A stretch of 63,929 nucleotides of DNA, filler included, from Reclinomonas americana ATCC 50394 (lineage: Eukaryota), in NCBI GenBank assembly GCA_048213135.1. It is 20 parts of 20 records of this genome, joined end to end, with 100 filler letters (N's around TTAATTAATTAA, not from the genome) between each part and the next. Parts side by side here need not be neighbours in the genome. Positions count along the whole stretch, not along the records: positions 30,302 to 33,175 come from AFZH01021556.1; positions 33,276 to 36,496 come from AFZH01021557.1; positions 36,597 to 37,656 come from AFZH01021558.1; positions 37,757 to 39,533 come from AFZH01021559.1; positions 39,634 to 41,224 come from AFZH01021560.1; positions 41,325 to 42,836 come from AFZH01021561.1; 14 more parts are not named here. The stretch is one strand, 5' to 3'. Each line of letters begins with the position of its first letter. The first letter of the stretch is position 1. The position numbers and the translations under genes are program-made. This document shows positions 30,494 through 42,184 of the stretch, piece by piece. The notes below the pieces were generated by a model. The model saw nothing but the letters and a program-made list of their open reading frames with translations, made no database searches and was not told where the DNA came from.

Positions 30494-32382
30494 TCGGCCT
30501 TCGCCTCTTCGGCGGGGCCGCCATCGGGCACGTTCTCGCGCAGCTGCTTGATGAGGGACTGCGCGTCATAGGGTCCGACGAGACGGCGACCATTGACGAA
30601 GAACGTGGGCACCGCCGTGATGTCCATAGCCTCAGCGTCGAGTATGTCGTCGCGTACTCGACTGGAGACGGCGGGCGAGCGGAGATCCTCTTCGAACTTC
30701 TCCAGATCGAGACCGAGATCGCGCGCGTGCCGGAGGATGTCAGATGGTTGCAGGTTCTCCTGGTCGGTGAAGAGGCTACGGCCGAAGTCAAAGAATCGTC
30801 CCTGCAATGCGGCCGCTTCGGTGGCCTCAGCGGCGGCTTGCGCGTTCGGGTGATACTTGACCAGCGGAGCGTGTCGCCACACGTACCGGAGCTCATTGCC
30901 GAGTTCGCGTCGTACCTCGTCGATGGATCCTGACGCGCGAAGACAGAAGAAGCACTGGAAATCCGCATACTCCACAATCGTGAGCGGCGCGTTCGCCGGC
31001 CCGGAAATGTGGTCCCTTTCCGGATCGACGGCCCGGAGCAGCTGAGTTGTCGGCGTGGCCGACGACCGAGACGCGTCGGTGACTCGGAAGATTGTGGCGC
31101 CCAGGGCGAAGGCGATCACCGACGCAGCGAGAACACCGACGCGGGCCTCATTCTGAGCTCCTTCGTCATCGATGGCGAGATCGACGATGAACAGGGAGAT
31201 GGTGAAGCCGATGCCGCACAGGGCCGCTCCGCCAGCGATCCTGCTGAGTGTGAGGCCTGGACCGAACTCTCCCATCCTGAAGAGACGAACCAGCCCGGCC
31301 GAGCCCCAGACACCAATGAGCTTGCCGACGACGAGCCCCGCGATGATGCCCCATGTGAGAGGCGATCTAGCCGCGTTCATCAGGATTTCCCCCGTGATCT
31401 GCACGCCAGCGTTTGCGAAGGCGAACAGCGGAAGGATGAGGTAGGCGATGTACGGGGCGTATGCCGAGGTGAGGCGCTCATTGATCGAGATCGACTCGCG
31501 GAGACTGTTGGCGGCTGCACGGGCGTATTCGGTGTTCGGCGACTGGCGGAACGTGTGGGTGAGTTCTACCGCCTGTTCCACGTCTCGGCGTGTGGGGCGG
31601 TACACCGGGACGAGGAGTGCGATGGCGACTCCGGCGAGGGTGGGGTGAACACCCGACGCCAAGAATGCGAACCACACCGTGACGGACAGGGCGACGTAGA
31701 TCGGACCGCGGCCGCGGCGCAAGTAGCGGGTGAAGAAGATTCCGGCCAGGCCGATTGCCGCGATCAGCAGCGGTAGAGGGGTGAAGTTCTCCGTGTACAC
31801 CAGCGCGATGATGCTGAGTGCCCCAATGTCGTCCACCACCGCGAGAGCGAGGAGGAAGACACGGAGCCGCCCGGGAGCCTTCGGACCGATCAGAGCGAGT
31901 GCACCGATGACGAACGCAGTATCGGTGGAGATCACAATCCCCCAGGCGTGAACCTGCTCGGTGTTCAGGTTGAAGAGCACGAAGATCAGTGCCGGTAGGG
32001 CGAGCCCGGCGACCGCTGCGGCAACGGGTACGATCGCTCGCGACCAGTTCGTGAGCTCTCCGATCGCGAATTCTCGGCGTACCTCGAGGCCGACGGTGAA
32101 GAAGAACACCGCCATGAGGGCATCGTTCACTAGTGCGTGCAGGGTGAATTCGAGCTGCTGCCCACCCAGCCCGAAACTCACCACCGTCTCCCAGAAATCG
32201 TGGTACGTGTCGTAGGAGATGTTTGCCCAGGCCACAGCGGCCGCGGTGGCGAGGAGCAGGAGCACAGCGCCTGTCCTCGCCTCGCCCGCGTTCGCTATCC
32301 GGGCAGCGATCGAAGTACGGCGTGCACTGTCGGCGGGGAGCTCCGGGTCAGGGGAGCGTTCGACGGCGGAGAGATTCACCAC
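30490..32382 (-). CDS. nhaA: Na+/H+ antiporter NhaA with C-terminal DsbA/thioredoxin domain
   Basis: VNDALMAVFF, GLEVRRE, STDTAF, LAVVDD, GIGFTISLF; YADFQCFFC domain. Start probably ~32382, not 33123. Confidence 0.92.
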   Translation of the reverse strand: MVNLSAVERSPDPELPADSARRTSIAARIANAGEARTGAVLLLLATAAAVAWANISYDTYHDFWETVVSFGLGGQQLEFTLHALVNDALMAVFFFTVGLEVRREFAIGELTNWSRAIVPVAAAVAGLALPALIFVLFNLNTEQVHAWGIVISTDTAFVIGALALIGPKAPGRLRVFLLALAVVDDIGALSIIALVYTENFTPLPLLIAAIGLAGIFFTRYLRRGRGPIYVALSVTVWFAFLASGVHPTLAGVAIALLVPVYRPTRRDVEQAVELTHTFRQSPNTEYARAAANSLRESISINERLTSAYAPYIAYLILPLFAFANAGVQITGEILMNAARSPLTWGIIAGLVVGKLIGVWGSAGLVRLFRMGEFGPGLTLSRIAGGAALCGIGFTISLFIVDLAIDDEGAQNEARVGVLAASVIAFALGATIFRVTDASRSSATPTTQLLRAVDPERDHISGPANAPLTIVEYADFQCFFCLRASGSIDEVRRELGNELRYVWRHAPLVKYHPNAQAAAEATEAAALQGRFFDFGRSLFTDQENLQPSDILRHARDLGLDLEKFEEDLRSPAVSSRVRDDILDAEAMDITAVPTFFVNGRRLVGPYDAQSLIKQLRENVPDGGPAEEAKAE

Positions 32383-32389
32383 GCGCGAA

Positions 32390-33175
32390 TTATCCGGCTT
32401 CTGCGTTTCGGACAGGCGCCGCGTGCTGCACGGCCCAGTCGAGTGCGTAGTCGGCGACTCCCTCCCACCCCTTCTGCCCCACGATGCGGTGGGTGCGGCC
32501 CGGGAACTCTTTGTACTCGACCAGCGACGGGCCTTCGGCGTAGCGCTTGAGGAGTGCCTTTTGGATCGCGGGAGGGGCGACGTGGTCGATCTCGCCGGCG
32601 ATGAGGAGCATTGGGGCCCGGTCGGGCTTGACGAAGTCGACACGCGTGATCCCGGTCTTGGCTTTCGGAAGCGACAGGACGCCCTCGAAGAAGAGCCGGT
32701 TGTACGAAGGGATGGCGTTCTTCTCCCACTCGACGTCCGAGCCTGCGCGGTCGAGGTCGTTCCCGAAGGTGTAGTGGAAGTGCGCTTTGCTGATCTGGCT
32801 CGCGCCGTTCTTTTTGAACGGGTTGGTGAGCACTGGCACGCCAGTGCGCAACGTCGACCCTGGCAGGGTGAGGATACCGGCAGTGCTGCCGGGTTCAACT
32901 GCCACTGCGGAGGTGCCGAGGCCGCGGTCGAGCAGCATTTGCGTGAAGATCCCACCGAACGAATGACCCATGATGATGGGCGCCTCGGGGAGGGCTCGGA
33001 TGACGCCGTCGTAGTGGTCGACGACCTCCAGCAGGCCGACACCTTCGAGCGCGCGTGGATCTGCGCGAACCTGTGCTGGGGTGCGGTCACCGATCCCCGG
33101 CCAGGCCGGGGTGATGACCTCATGGCCTCGAGCTCGGAAGCGCTCGGCCCAGCCGCTCCAGGCGGCAGGGGTCAT
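32390..33175 (-). CDS. Alpha/beta hydrolase, 5' partial
   Basis: GHSFGG nucleophile elbow; Asp and His of the triad. Confidence 0.88.
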   Translation of the reverse strand: MTPAAWSGWAERFRARGHEVITPAWPGIGDRTPAQVRADPRALEGVGLLEVVDHYDGVIRALPEAPIIMGHSFGGIFTQMLLDRGLGTSAVAVEPGSTAGILTLPGSTLRTGVPVLTNPFKKNGASQISKAHFHYTFGNDLDRAGSDVEWEKNAIPSYNRLFFEGVLSLPKAKTGITRVDFVKPDRAPMLLIAGEIDHVAPPAIQKALLKRYAEGPSLVEYKEFPGRTHRIVGQKGWEGVADYALDWAVQHAAPVRNAEAG

Positions 33176-33275
33176 NNNNNNNNNNNNNNNNNNNNNNNNN
33201 NNNNNNNNNNNNNNNNNNNTTAATTAATTAANNNNNNNNNNNNNNNNNNNNNNNNNNNNNNNNNNNNNNNNNNNN

Positions 33276-34076
33276 CTGCTGCCGGTCGAGTTCTGCGCGC
33301 ACAGCGTCGACCTTGGCGCCGACGGCGGCCAGGGTGTCGCTGCCGAGGAAGAGTCGGGCCGGGAATCCGCCACGGTCTACGGCGTCAACGATGGCTTCCG
33401 CGCCCTTGGCAGGGTCCCCGGGCTGGTTGTGGTTCGCGCCGGCTGCGATGGTGCGCACAGCGGCCACGGGGCCGTCCGCGTAGGCAGTGATCTCGTCCGA
33501 GACGGAGAGGCTCGTTCCGTCCAGGAAGTCTGTGCGGAAGTAGCCCGGTTCAACGATGCCGGCGGTGATGCCGAACGGCGCGAGCTCGTCACGGAGCGCT
33601 TCGGTGTATCCCTCGATCGCGAACTTGGTTGAGCAATAGACGCCGAAACCAACCGCGCTGGCGAAGCCGCCGACAGAGGAGATATTGACGACGGTGCCGT
33701 TGGACTGTTCACGCATGACGGGGAGTACCGCGCGGGTGATCGCGAGGGGGGCGAACACGTTCACTTCGTAGATCGACCGAATCTCCGCATCCGTGGCTTC
33801 CTCTACGGCGCCGAGTAGTCCTTTGCCAGCGTTGTTGATCAGCACGTCGATCCCTCCGAAGGCTCCGACCGCCGCGGCTACTGCGGCGTCGATCTGGGCC
33901 GGGTCGGTGACGTCGAGGGCGATGGGGAACAGGTTCTCGGAGGGATTAGGGAACCGATCCCGGATTTGCTGGGCGTTGCGGGCTGTCGCGACGACTTTGT
34001 GGCCCCGTTCGAGTGCTGCTCGGGTGAGTTCCGCGCCGAATCCGCGTGATGCTCCTGTGATGAAAAAGATACTCAT
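33276..34076 (-). CDS. Short-chain dehydrogenase/reductase, 3' partial
   Basis: TGASRGFG, NNAG, YCSTK. Confidence 0.93.
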
Positions 34077-34251
34077 GGAATGTCCTTGACTGTTGTGAGA
34101 ATCGAATGCCTGGTCGAAGTGGTCGGCATGTAGTGAGTCAACCGCCTTTGATCGGGCGGTAGTCCTGGGTAGGTAGGTCTGTGCTGCCGGGGCCTGTCAG
34201 ACCCCCTCAGTGCGGTTACGGTTCGCAGAGGGACGCGGATAATGATCTTTT

Positions 34252-35164
34252 ATGACCGAGAGATCTGACCTCAGCGCGTTTCTTCACGCCCAGCGTGCCC
34301 GGCTGCGCCCGGATGATGTTGGGCTCATTCCCGATGTCGTTCCGCGGCGCGTTCCGGGTCTGCGTCGCGAGGAAGTCGCCCGTCTTGCGGGATTGAGCAC
34401 GGACTACTACACCCGGTTGGAGCAGGGTCGAAAGGTGTCGCCGTCGGATGCTGTGCTGAATGCCATCGCTCGAGCGTTGCTGCTGGATGAGACCGGTCGC
34501 CGCCACCTTCTGGATCTGGCTCGACCCACGTCGCCGATAGGTCCTGCGCGGGCGGTCGTCGCGCAGCGGGTCCGCGCCAGCACGCACCAGTTGATGGAGT
34601 CCTGGGGCGAGCAACCGGCGCTGCTCTTGGGGCGGCGACTGGATGTGCTTGCGACCAACGCGTTGGGGCGTGCGCTGCTTTTCGACTTCGGCACGCTTCG
34701 AGCCGCCGAGCGCAACTATCTGCGATGGCTGATGCTCGACCCTCAGGCCCACGACCCTCTACCGAGACTGGGCGAGTGTAGGTTCGGAGATGGTGGCGGT
34801 TTTGCGTCGGGAGGCGGGCCGCTTTCCTGATGATCCGGGCATCATCGATCTCGTCGGTGAGCTCGCCGTGAAGAGCAAGGAATTCGCGACCTGGTGGGCG
34901 GATCAACGTGTGACCGCTCACACGCACGGAACCAAGAGATTTCACCACGGTGTCGTCGGCGATCTTGAGTTGGATTGGCAGGGGTTGGCGCTGCCGGGAG
35001 ACGAGGATCAGACGATCTACGTCTACCATGCGCCGCCTGGCTCGCCGGCCGCCGAGAAGCTCGGGCTGCTCGGAAGCTGGATCAAAGATGCTCCGACGGG
35101 AAAAACCGCCCGAGCGTCCGATTCCGCTTCCGATGCCGAACCGGCGGTCGACGAGCCGGCGTGA
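34252..35164 (+). CDS. XRE/MmyB-like regulator with a single-base frameshift near 34755
   Basis: GLRREEVARLAG; removing one C from GACCCTC joins the two ORFs. Confidence 0.85.
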
Positions 35165-35172
35165 CGCCACGG

Positions 35173-35700
35173 TCAGTCTGTCCCGGGAGCCGAGTGGGCG
35201 CCGTCGATGCGCTCTGACAGTTCGAACATGTTGCCCCACGGGTCGCGGAAGAACGCCAGGCGAGCGCTGATGTCATCGATCTCGAACGGTTCGTTCACGA
35301 TCTCGACGCCGCGTCGGCGCAGTTCGGCGAGGGTCTCGTCGACGCTGTCCACGGTCAAGCACACATGGTTGTATCCGTTCGCCGCGAGACTTGCGTCGAC
35401 GTCGGCGAATTCGGCCTGGGGTGCCGCGCCGGGGCCGGCGAGGATCTCCAGGTGGAAGTCGTCCTGATTTGGGGGGCTGACGTAGGCCAAGGTCAGGTCT
35501 CCGTAGGGCCACGTCTGCAGCACCCGCCAATCGAGCTTGTCGACCCAGAATGATCTGGCGTCTTCAAAGTCGGGATAGCGGATGCCGGTGTGGTGACCTC
35601 GCATCGATGCGAACGGCGATGATGGGTTGGTAGCAGGATCGGCGGGGAGAGGCACAATTTTTCCTTTCAGGTTGTACGTGTCGACAGCGTATGAGGACAC
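35173..35700 (-). CDS. VOC/glyoxalase family protein
   Basis: HHTGIR, NHVCLTV, FFRDPWGNMFEL. Confidence 0.9.
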   Translation of the reverse strand: MSSYAVDTYNLKGKIVPLPADPATNPSSPFASMRGHHTGIRYPDFEDARSFWVDKLDWRVLQTWPYGDLTLAYVSPPNQDDFHLEILAGPGAAPQAEFADVDASLAANGYNHVCLTVDSVDETLAELRRRGVEIVNEPFEIDDISARLAFFRDPWGNMFELSERIDGAHSAPGTD

Positions 35701-35772
35701 GTATCAGTTGGTCACTGGATTCGGTGACAGGTTCTGCGAGAAGCTTTTGTATCTGGCTACGAAAGGCGAATA

Positions 35773-36496
35773 ATGCACGGATCGACCTCCGAGCCGGCGG
35801 ATGTCGGATCGACCTCCGAGCCGACGGATTCGAAGGGTGCGTTGCTGGACGCGCTCAGCGAGAGCGCTGCGACGGTCACGAACACTGTGATCGGGAGGCT
35901 CTACGACAACATGCCGTCGTACCGCGTCGTTCCTCGAGAGCAGCTCGCCGAGTCGATCGGACAGATCATCTCGTTGGTGACAGATGTCGTCCGCACGGGG
36001 CTGGTTCCCGACCCTGAAGACATCGTTCAAGCGCGAACGTCTGCAGCCGCCCGAGCTCGGCAAGATGTTCCCGTTCAGGACGTCATCCGTGCTTTCCGTT
36101 TCACAATCGGCGGAGTACACGAAGCTCTGCTTCAGCTGGTCGCGTCCCGCGGCTTTCCCGCTGCTGAGGTCGTGATCATCACCGATACGCTCTGGCGATT
36201 CAGCGACGCCTATACGACCAGCCAGATCGCGGTGTTCCAGTCCTCCGTGATCGACCGCGCGTTGAATCGCGTGCGACGTTCCCAGCAGTTCCTCCGCGAT
36301 CTGTCGGACGGGGCCGACGATCAGGCGGGCCTGCAACGAACGGCCCGTGAGCTTGGCTTGAGATTCGATGTCACGCATGCCGCCGTTCGGTCGCGGCCGG
36401 CTGACAGTGACGCCGCTGACCGGTTGCGCGTCGAACTCGAACAGGATGCTCGAAGACGCGGTAGTTCGGCCCTGTTCGTCGTCATCGGCAATGATC
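35773..36496 (+). CDS. PucR-family regulator N-terminal region, 3' partial
   Basis: ARARQDVPVQDVIRAFR helical sensor domain. Confidence 0.7.
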
Positions 36497-36665
36497 NNNN
36501 NNNNNNNNNNNNNNNNNNNNNNNNNNNNNNNNNNNNNNNNTTAATTAATTAANNNNNNNNNNNNNNNNNNNNNNNNNNNNNNNNNNNNNNNNNNNNACTC
36601 GACCGCGACTATCGTCGAACTGAGTTGGGCGCTGGAAGTTACCGCGAAGATTCAGGGCGGCGGTC

Positions 36666-37001
36666 TCAGATGATGGGATCGACCCGTGTCGGGGCGTCAT
36701 AGCTCGAACCGCGTCGATCAACATCTTGCGCATGTTCCATTCCGATGATCGCCCCGTGGGCGTCCTGGGCGGACGCATTCATCCATACCGTCCCGTAACG
36801 ATCCGTTGTCGCCCCAGTCTCTGACTTCAAGGTGATGCGGTAGCCGACTCGCCACGGGTAATCAGGACCGGTGTTCCACGGCAGCTCGCCGGGGTCCGGA
36901 TAGAATTCCTCGAGGTCTACGAACGCCCAAACGGCATCGGCCAGCCCGGTGTACGACGGCGCGATCAGGATTCGATCGCCCCGCCTCACTGGGGGAGTCA
37001 C
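36666..37001 (-). CDS. Hypothetical protein
   Basis: GTGA overlap with the upstream gene. Confidence 0.5.
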   Translation of the reverse strand: MTPPVRRGDRILIAPSYTGLADAVWAFVDLEEFYPDPGELPWNTGPDYPWRVGYRITLKSETGATTDRYGTVWMNASAQDAHGAIIGMEHAQDVDRRGSSYDAPTRVDPII

Positions 37002-37639
37002 CGGACGGTGAGTGCAGCGGCCTCAGCCGACGCACTGACGTCGCGAGCAGCGCGTGCTGCGCGGCCCGTGATCTTCCACCCGACCATGCGCAGCGCGCTC
37101 GGACCCGGGGGGAACACGCCGAGTTGCTCCAACATGCCCAAGTCATCTCGAAGGGCGTCGTGGTGGACCACCTTGCCCGATTCCAACTGCATGATGTGGA
37201 TCTGCTCCGTGTCGATAGTGCGTCCGGTCGGCGGGATCACCTGAGCGGGCGTTCCGTTCTCGAAGCGAACAAAGGGCCCGCTGTGCGTCCCGCGCATGCG
37301 CAGCCGCAACCAGACGGTGTCTTCCGAGGCGGCGGAGCTCACCACTTGGAAGTGCAGGTCCGAGAATGCTGATCGAAGCCACGCGCCGGACGCGAGCACA
37401 CCCTGGGGCCCAGCTGTCCGACACGCGATGGGGGAGTTGGATGCGTGGGGGTTGGTGAAATTCTCTGCCACGACCTGGCGGGCGAGTTCGGGGCTTCCCG
37501 TCTCGAGGACACGGAACAGCGCGGCGGCAATCTCAGTGTCGTTCGGGAAGGTGGGAAGCGTTGCTCTGCTGTCAGTAGCGTTGGGGTTGTTCAACTTGGA
37601 TGTCCTCAAAGAAGGGCGGCGAGCCGCGTTCGTATTCAC
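36998..37639 (-). CDS. Ester cyclase (SnoaL-like)
   Basis: AFSDLHF, MRGTHSGPF, PPTGR, RDDLGMLEQLG. Confidence 0.85.
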   Translation of the reverse strand: MNTNAARRPSLRTSKLNNPNATDSRATLPTFPNDTEIAAALFRVLETGSPELARQVVAENFTNPHASNSPIACRTAGPQGVLASGAWLRSAFSDLHFQVVSSAASEDTVWLRLRMRGTHSGPFVRFENGTPAQVIPPTGRTIDTEQIHIMQLESGKVVHHDALRDDLGMLEQLGVFPPGPSALRMVGWKITGRAARAARDVSASAEAAALTVR

Positions 37640-37774
37640 TACACATTATATGCATCNNNNNNNNNNNNNNNNNNNNNNNNNNNNNNNNNNNNNNNNNNNN
37701 TTAATTAATTAANNNNNNNNNNNNNNNNNNNNNNNNNNNNNNNNNNNNNNNNNNNNCGGTCGGGGTACCGTGCC

Positions 37775-38395
37775 TCAACGAGCGAGCAGTGTGCGTGCGC
37801 GCTGCAGAAGCCAACGCTCGGCCTCGTCCCAGGACTTGCCGAGATCTCGGGTAGTCGTGGTCCAAGCGTCCACGCCGAAGCAGAACCAAAGTATCTCGCC
37901 GGCCTCGTTGCTCGAGAGCTCGAGTGGCAATGCATCCAACCCGGCGAGGTGTCGTGCCGCCACCTCCAGGAGTTCCGTATACCGCGCGATCAGTTTCGTT
38001 CGAATCTCTAGAGCCTCTGGCGTGGTTGCTACCGAACGTGCGATCTCGAAGACGAGCTGATTCTTCTCGTTGCCAGCGCGCGTTCCCGCCGCAAGCACGG
38101 CTAGCACGGCGGAGGGATTGTCGAGAGATTTGATGAGCTCGATTGCTTCCTCGCCGCCCGACTCCGCCTCGGCCCGGCCGATCACGGCCGTCAGGATGTC
38201 AATCTTGCCCCCTGCGCTCGAGTACACCGTTCGCAACGAAACGTCCGCGCGGGCGGCCACCCGCGCCACGGTGACGTTGGCGTAGCCCTCTCTCGCAAAG
38301 AGCTCGAATGCTGCGTCGAGGATCGCCTTCCTGGTGCTGGATGCATCCTCGCGGCGCTTGGTCGAGTTGTATGCGCGCCTCTGGTCCGACGTCAT
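37775..38395 (-). CDS. TetR/AcrR family regulator
   Basis: ILDAAFELFAREGYANVTVARVA..VSLRTVY. Confidence 0.9.
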   Translation of the reverse strand: MTSDQRRAYNSTKRREDASSTRKAILDAAFELFAREGYANVTVARVAARADVSLRTVYSSAGGKIDILTAVIGRAEAESGGEEAIELIKSLDNPSAVLAVLAAGTRAGNEKNQLVFEIARSVATTPEALEIRTKLIARYTELLEVAARHLAGLDALPLELSSNEAGEILWFCFGVDAWTTTTRDLGKSWDEAERWLLQRARTLLAR

Positions 38396-38429
38396 GGAGA
38401 AAAGGCTACCGTCGTCGGAGAGGCGGCGG

Positions 38430-39533
38430 TTACTGCAGCTGCACCTGCTCGGATGGAGGGAGTAGTTCGAAGTCGACAGGGGCCGTGCTCTCCCCGTTGA
38501 GGTGGAGCTCTATGGCGTGAGTGCCGGGGTAGTAGCGCCGGGTCGAGAGCTCACGGAAGGAGTGTCGGCGCTGGAACGATGCTTGTTCGCCTGGCGAGAG
38601 AGTCAGAGTGGTGAGCTTGAATGTCTTGCCGGTGCGAGTCCCGTTCGACTTCACATGATGGACGGTGTAGTCGACAGAAACTCGGGCTGTTCGTTGATCG
38701 ACGTTTGAAACTGTCGCGCGGAAGCCCAACTCCCCTCCGAAGGGCACGGTCGCGGTCTCTAAGAGCGGACCACTCACTTCGAGATTCGCAGACTCGAAAC
38801 CGAGCAGCTTTAGAGCCCGACGATCTCCTCGCTTAACGAGGGTGCGGAGTCCTCTTCGGACGAGCCCCATCGTATGCTCATCGGGATCCGCTAGCCACCT
38901 GGCCGCCGTCACGACGACAATGTCCGGAGAGTCCCGGCTGAGATCGTTGAGGTGGTTGGCGACCGAACGGCGCACATACTCACTGTCGTCTCGATACAGC
39001 TGGTCCAAAATCGAAACGGTCACCCCGGTTCGCCGAATGATCTCTGGGACGCGGACTGACCAAGGTAAGTATGGACGAGTGCCCTCCGAGGCGAGACGGC
39101 GTACATCCATGTCCTCAGATTCTGTCCAGCCCTGAATGATCTTCAGGGCGCGGTCGAGATCGTGCCGGAGCAACGTTCGGATCGCGAACTCCGAGGTCAA
39201 CAGCCCTGTGAGTTCAGCGAGCAGAGTCAAACTGTCATCGAACGCCGCTGGGCGACCGTCGTCAACAGCCTTCTTCGCCACCGCACTTGTGACCGGCCAC
39301 ACCCCCCAGCCGCCGAGGCCCCCCAGATCATGAGCGCTCCTGATCACGGCAGCGAAAGAGGTGTAGCTACCCGGCAACCCGGTGATCAGAGCGTCTCGGA
39401 GTAAGTCAGCCCTGGCGCGGAGGGACAGCGGCTCCAGGCGGTCTGCAGAGCCGGCGAGCTCTTTGAGATCGGCGTCTGGTGCGGCAGCAAGAACGGCTGG
39501 AAAAGAACGCGCAGTTGCAGCTCCAATGGAGCT
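38430..39533 (-). CDS. DNA alkylation repair (HEAT-like) protein, 5' partial
   Basis: TSEFAIR, VRRLASEGTRPYLPW, YVRRSVANHLND. Confidence 0.88.
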   Translation of the reverse strand, partial: SSIGAATARSFPAVLAAAPDADLKELAGSADRLEPLSLRARADLLRDALITGLPGSYTSFAAVIRSAHDLGGLGGWGVWPVTSAVAKKAVDDGRPAAFDDSLTLLAELTGLLTSEFAIRTLLRHDLDRALKIIQGWTESEDMDVRRLASEGTRPYLPWSVRVPEIIRRTGVTVSILDQLYRDDSEYVRRSVANHLNDLSRDSPDIVVVTAARWLADPDEHTMGLVRRGLRTLVKRGDRRALKLLGFESANLEVSGPLLETATVPFGGELGFRATVSNVDQRTARVSVDYTVHHVKSNGTRTGKTFKLTTLTLSPGEQASFQRRHSFRELSTRRYYPGTHAIELHLNGESTAPVDFELLPPSEQVQLQ

Positions 39534-39657
39534 NNNNNNNNNNNNNNNNNNNNNNNNNNNNNNNNNNNNNNNNNNNNTTAATTAATTAANNNNNNNNNNN
39601 NNNNNNNNNNNNNNNNNNNNNNNNNNNNNNNNNGAAGGGCATCTGGTTCTCCCGTTA

Positions 39658-39999
39658 TCAGGCCAGGTCTGCGGCCACGAGCGCGAACTTCTCACCGCTG
39701 AATGTGATGTCGAAGATGCCGTCGGCTTCCCCCTCAGGGAAGTCACCGACGAAGTGCACCTCGACGTGGAGGGCCTCACTAATCGGGGTGATGCTGATGA
39801 GCTTCGTCTGTGTGTTGAGACCAATGAACCACGACTCGAAATAATGCCGGATCCGGGCCAGTCCGCGGTGTTCACCGCCGACTGAAGGATCGTTCAGTAC
39901 AGCGTCGTCGGTGAAAAAAGACAGGTAACGGTCGACATCGTGGCTGTTGGTTGCTTCGATCCAGTCGCGCACTACGGTCTCATGTGTGGTTTCGGTCAT
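39658..39999 (-). CDS. SnoaL/NTF2-like protein
   Basis: WIEATNSHD..FTDDAVLND. Confidence 0.75.
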   Translation of the reverse strand: MTETTHETVVRDWIEATNSHDVDRYLSFFTDDAVLNDPSVGGEHRGLARIRHYFESWFIGLNTQTKLISITPISEALHVEVHFVGDFPEGEADGIFDITFSGEKFALVAADLA

Positions 40000-40210
40000 G
40001 GTGATACTTGCTCCTGATTGACGGGGGCCCTCGAACGGAGCCACCTCCTGAGCTTCTTACATCGGGAGCGAGTCATGGGGGCTGCGTCACACCTAGGCAG
40101 GCCCATGTCGGCAGCTGCAGCCCAGCTCGCCTAGGTGTATCGCACCCTGGATCCTCGCGGGAGCGAGTTCTAGCTTGAAAGACGAACCCACATTCTAAGG
40201 AGCGACACGG

Positions 40211-41224
40211 TTGAACACGACACAGGAAATCGAATCAATGCGGGCAGTTCTTCTCAAGGGTCCCCAGGACGTGCAGGTCGTGCGGTGCGGAGTTCCCACG
40301 ATCGTTGAGCCAACGGATGCCATTGTGAAGCTCGCCGCAGCGAGTATCTGCGGTTCCGATCTCTGGGGGTACCGCGGCGTCGACGACATCCGGGACACGC
40401 GCATGGGGCACGAGTATGCCGGGGTCATCTCGGAGGTCGGAACCGCCGTGACGCACTTCAAGTCAGGCGACTTCGTCGTGGGCTCGTTCATGTCTTCAGA
40501 CGGCACGTGCGAAATATGTCAATCCGGATATCCAGTTCACTGCGTGCACCGCGAACCGGCAGCATATGGAGCGCAAGCCGAGTACACGAGAGTTCCGCTC
40601 GCGGACGGGACCCTCGTGAAGACACCCGGTATCCCGGACCCATCGCTAGTGCCTTCGCTTCTTGCAGCATCCGACGTCTTGGGAACGGCATGGTTCGCTG
40701 CGGACGCCGCGGCGGTGCGCCCCGGAAAGGCAGTCGCTGTGGTTGGAGACGGGGCAGTGGGCCTCCTTGGAGTGATGTCCGCGAAGCAACTTGGGGCGGA
40801 ACAGATCATCGTCATGTCACGCAATCCGGCTCGCCAGGCTCTCGCTCGCGACTTCGGTGCAACCCATATCGTCGAGGTGCGCGGCGACGCGGCGGCAGCA
40901 GAAGTGAAGGAGATCACCCATGGCCTCGGAGCTCATTCGACCATCGAGGCCGTTGGCTCTCAGCAATCCATGATGCAAGCAATCCAGTCGACCCGACCCG
41001 GTGGGCATGTCGGATATGTCGGATTGCCTCACGATGTGTCTCTTCCAGGCATGGAGGTCTTCCTGTCCGGTGTCCACCTTCACGGCGGTCCGGCACCGAT
41101 ACGTGAGTACCTTCCGACGCTCATTGACTTGATTTGGCGACGAGAGATCAACCCCGGACTCGTGTACGACCTCACATTGCCCATCGAGAACAGTGCCGAG
41201 GGCTACGCGGCGATGGACCGACGT
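40211..41224 (+). CDS. Zn-dependent alcohol dehydrogenase family protein, 3' partial
   Basis: ICGSDL, GHEYAG, GDGAVG. Confidence 0.92.
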
Positions 41225-41324
41225 NNNNNNNNNNNNNNNNNNNNNNNNNNNNNNNNNNNNNNNNNNNNTTAATTAATTAANNNNNNNNNNNNNNNNNNNN
41301 NNNNNNNNNNNNNNNNNNNNNNNN

Positions 41325-41790
41325 GAATGGTGCGTTCGAGGACGTGCCTGTGAAGGGCGAGCGCTATGCGAACTGGTATGCGCGGCTGCTCACCACGCTC
41401 ACCCTGATTATCGGCGACATGAAGGTCTTGTATTCGCAGACCACGTACGACGCAGCTGAGCCGGCACATCAGGCCCGGATGGTGTTGTACACAGAGAGTC
41501 GCGTGATCGTGGTTGACGTTGCGGACGCCCTCAAGGACGACACGGCTGTGCAGACGCGTATCCTCCCGCGTCGGAGCCTCGAAGCGCTCGACGTCTCCGC
41601 CGGAATGCGCATCGACCTTGAAGGTTCAGCATCCTATGGCTGGCCGGGCGTGCTGGCAATCACTGCCCGCTACCTGGGACTCGACGACGTGGTGACCATA
41701 TCCGCTCCCGGCGTGGAGTCGCACAGAGTGGGGGAGCCGGGGCCGATCATGCGCCTGCTAGTAGACCTGCAGGAAGATCTGGCTTCGTGA
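41325..41790 (+). CDS. Hypothetical protein, 5' partial
   Basis: Open frame with normal amino-acid composition. Confidence 0.5.
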
Positions 41791-42184
41791 CCGACGCCGG
41801 GCCGGCGCGACGCTAAGCGCTCCCGCCACCATCTGGATTTCGACGCCGGACTAGGCTGCTCACGCCGTTGTGAAAGGGGCAGGGCACCGTGGGTTCACAT
41901 GGTGCGAGCGGTCTGCAACGTCCAGGAGGGGGCTGATTGGATCGCCGTGCCGGGCGAGTACGTGGCGAGCTCAGCGGCCTGTCTCATGCGTCATACGGCG
42001 GTGTCGTGAGCGCATCGTCGATGCAGCGCATCGCGGATGGCATCTCGGACGGCACTCTGCTGGCCCGGTTCAGCGCCGATCTCGGCGTGACGCAGCGTGC
42101 GATCGAAGTTGCGTGGAACACCACTCAGGGGGCCATTGAGTTCGTCGAATAGCGGTATGGCACTCGCTGGTGAACAGCTTCGAG

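Noticed and set aside
32383..33123. 877-aa NhaA with a long N-terminal extension
   Set aside because: The extension is an alternative frame overlapping the alpha/beta hydrolase gene.
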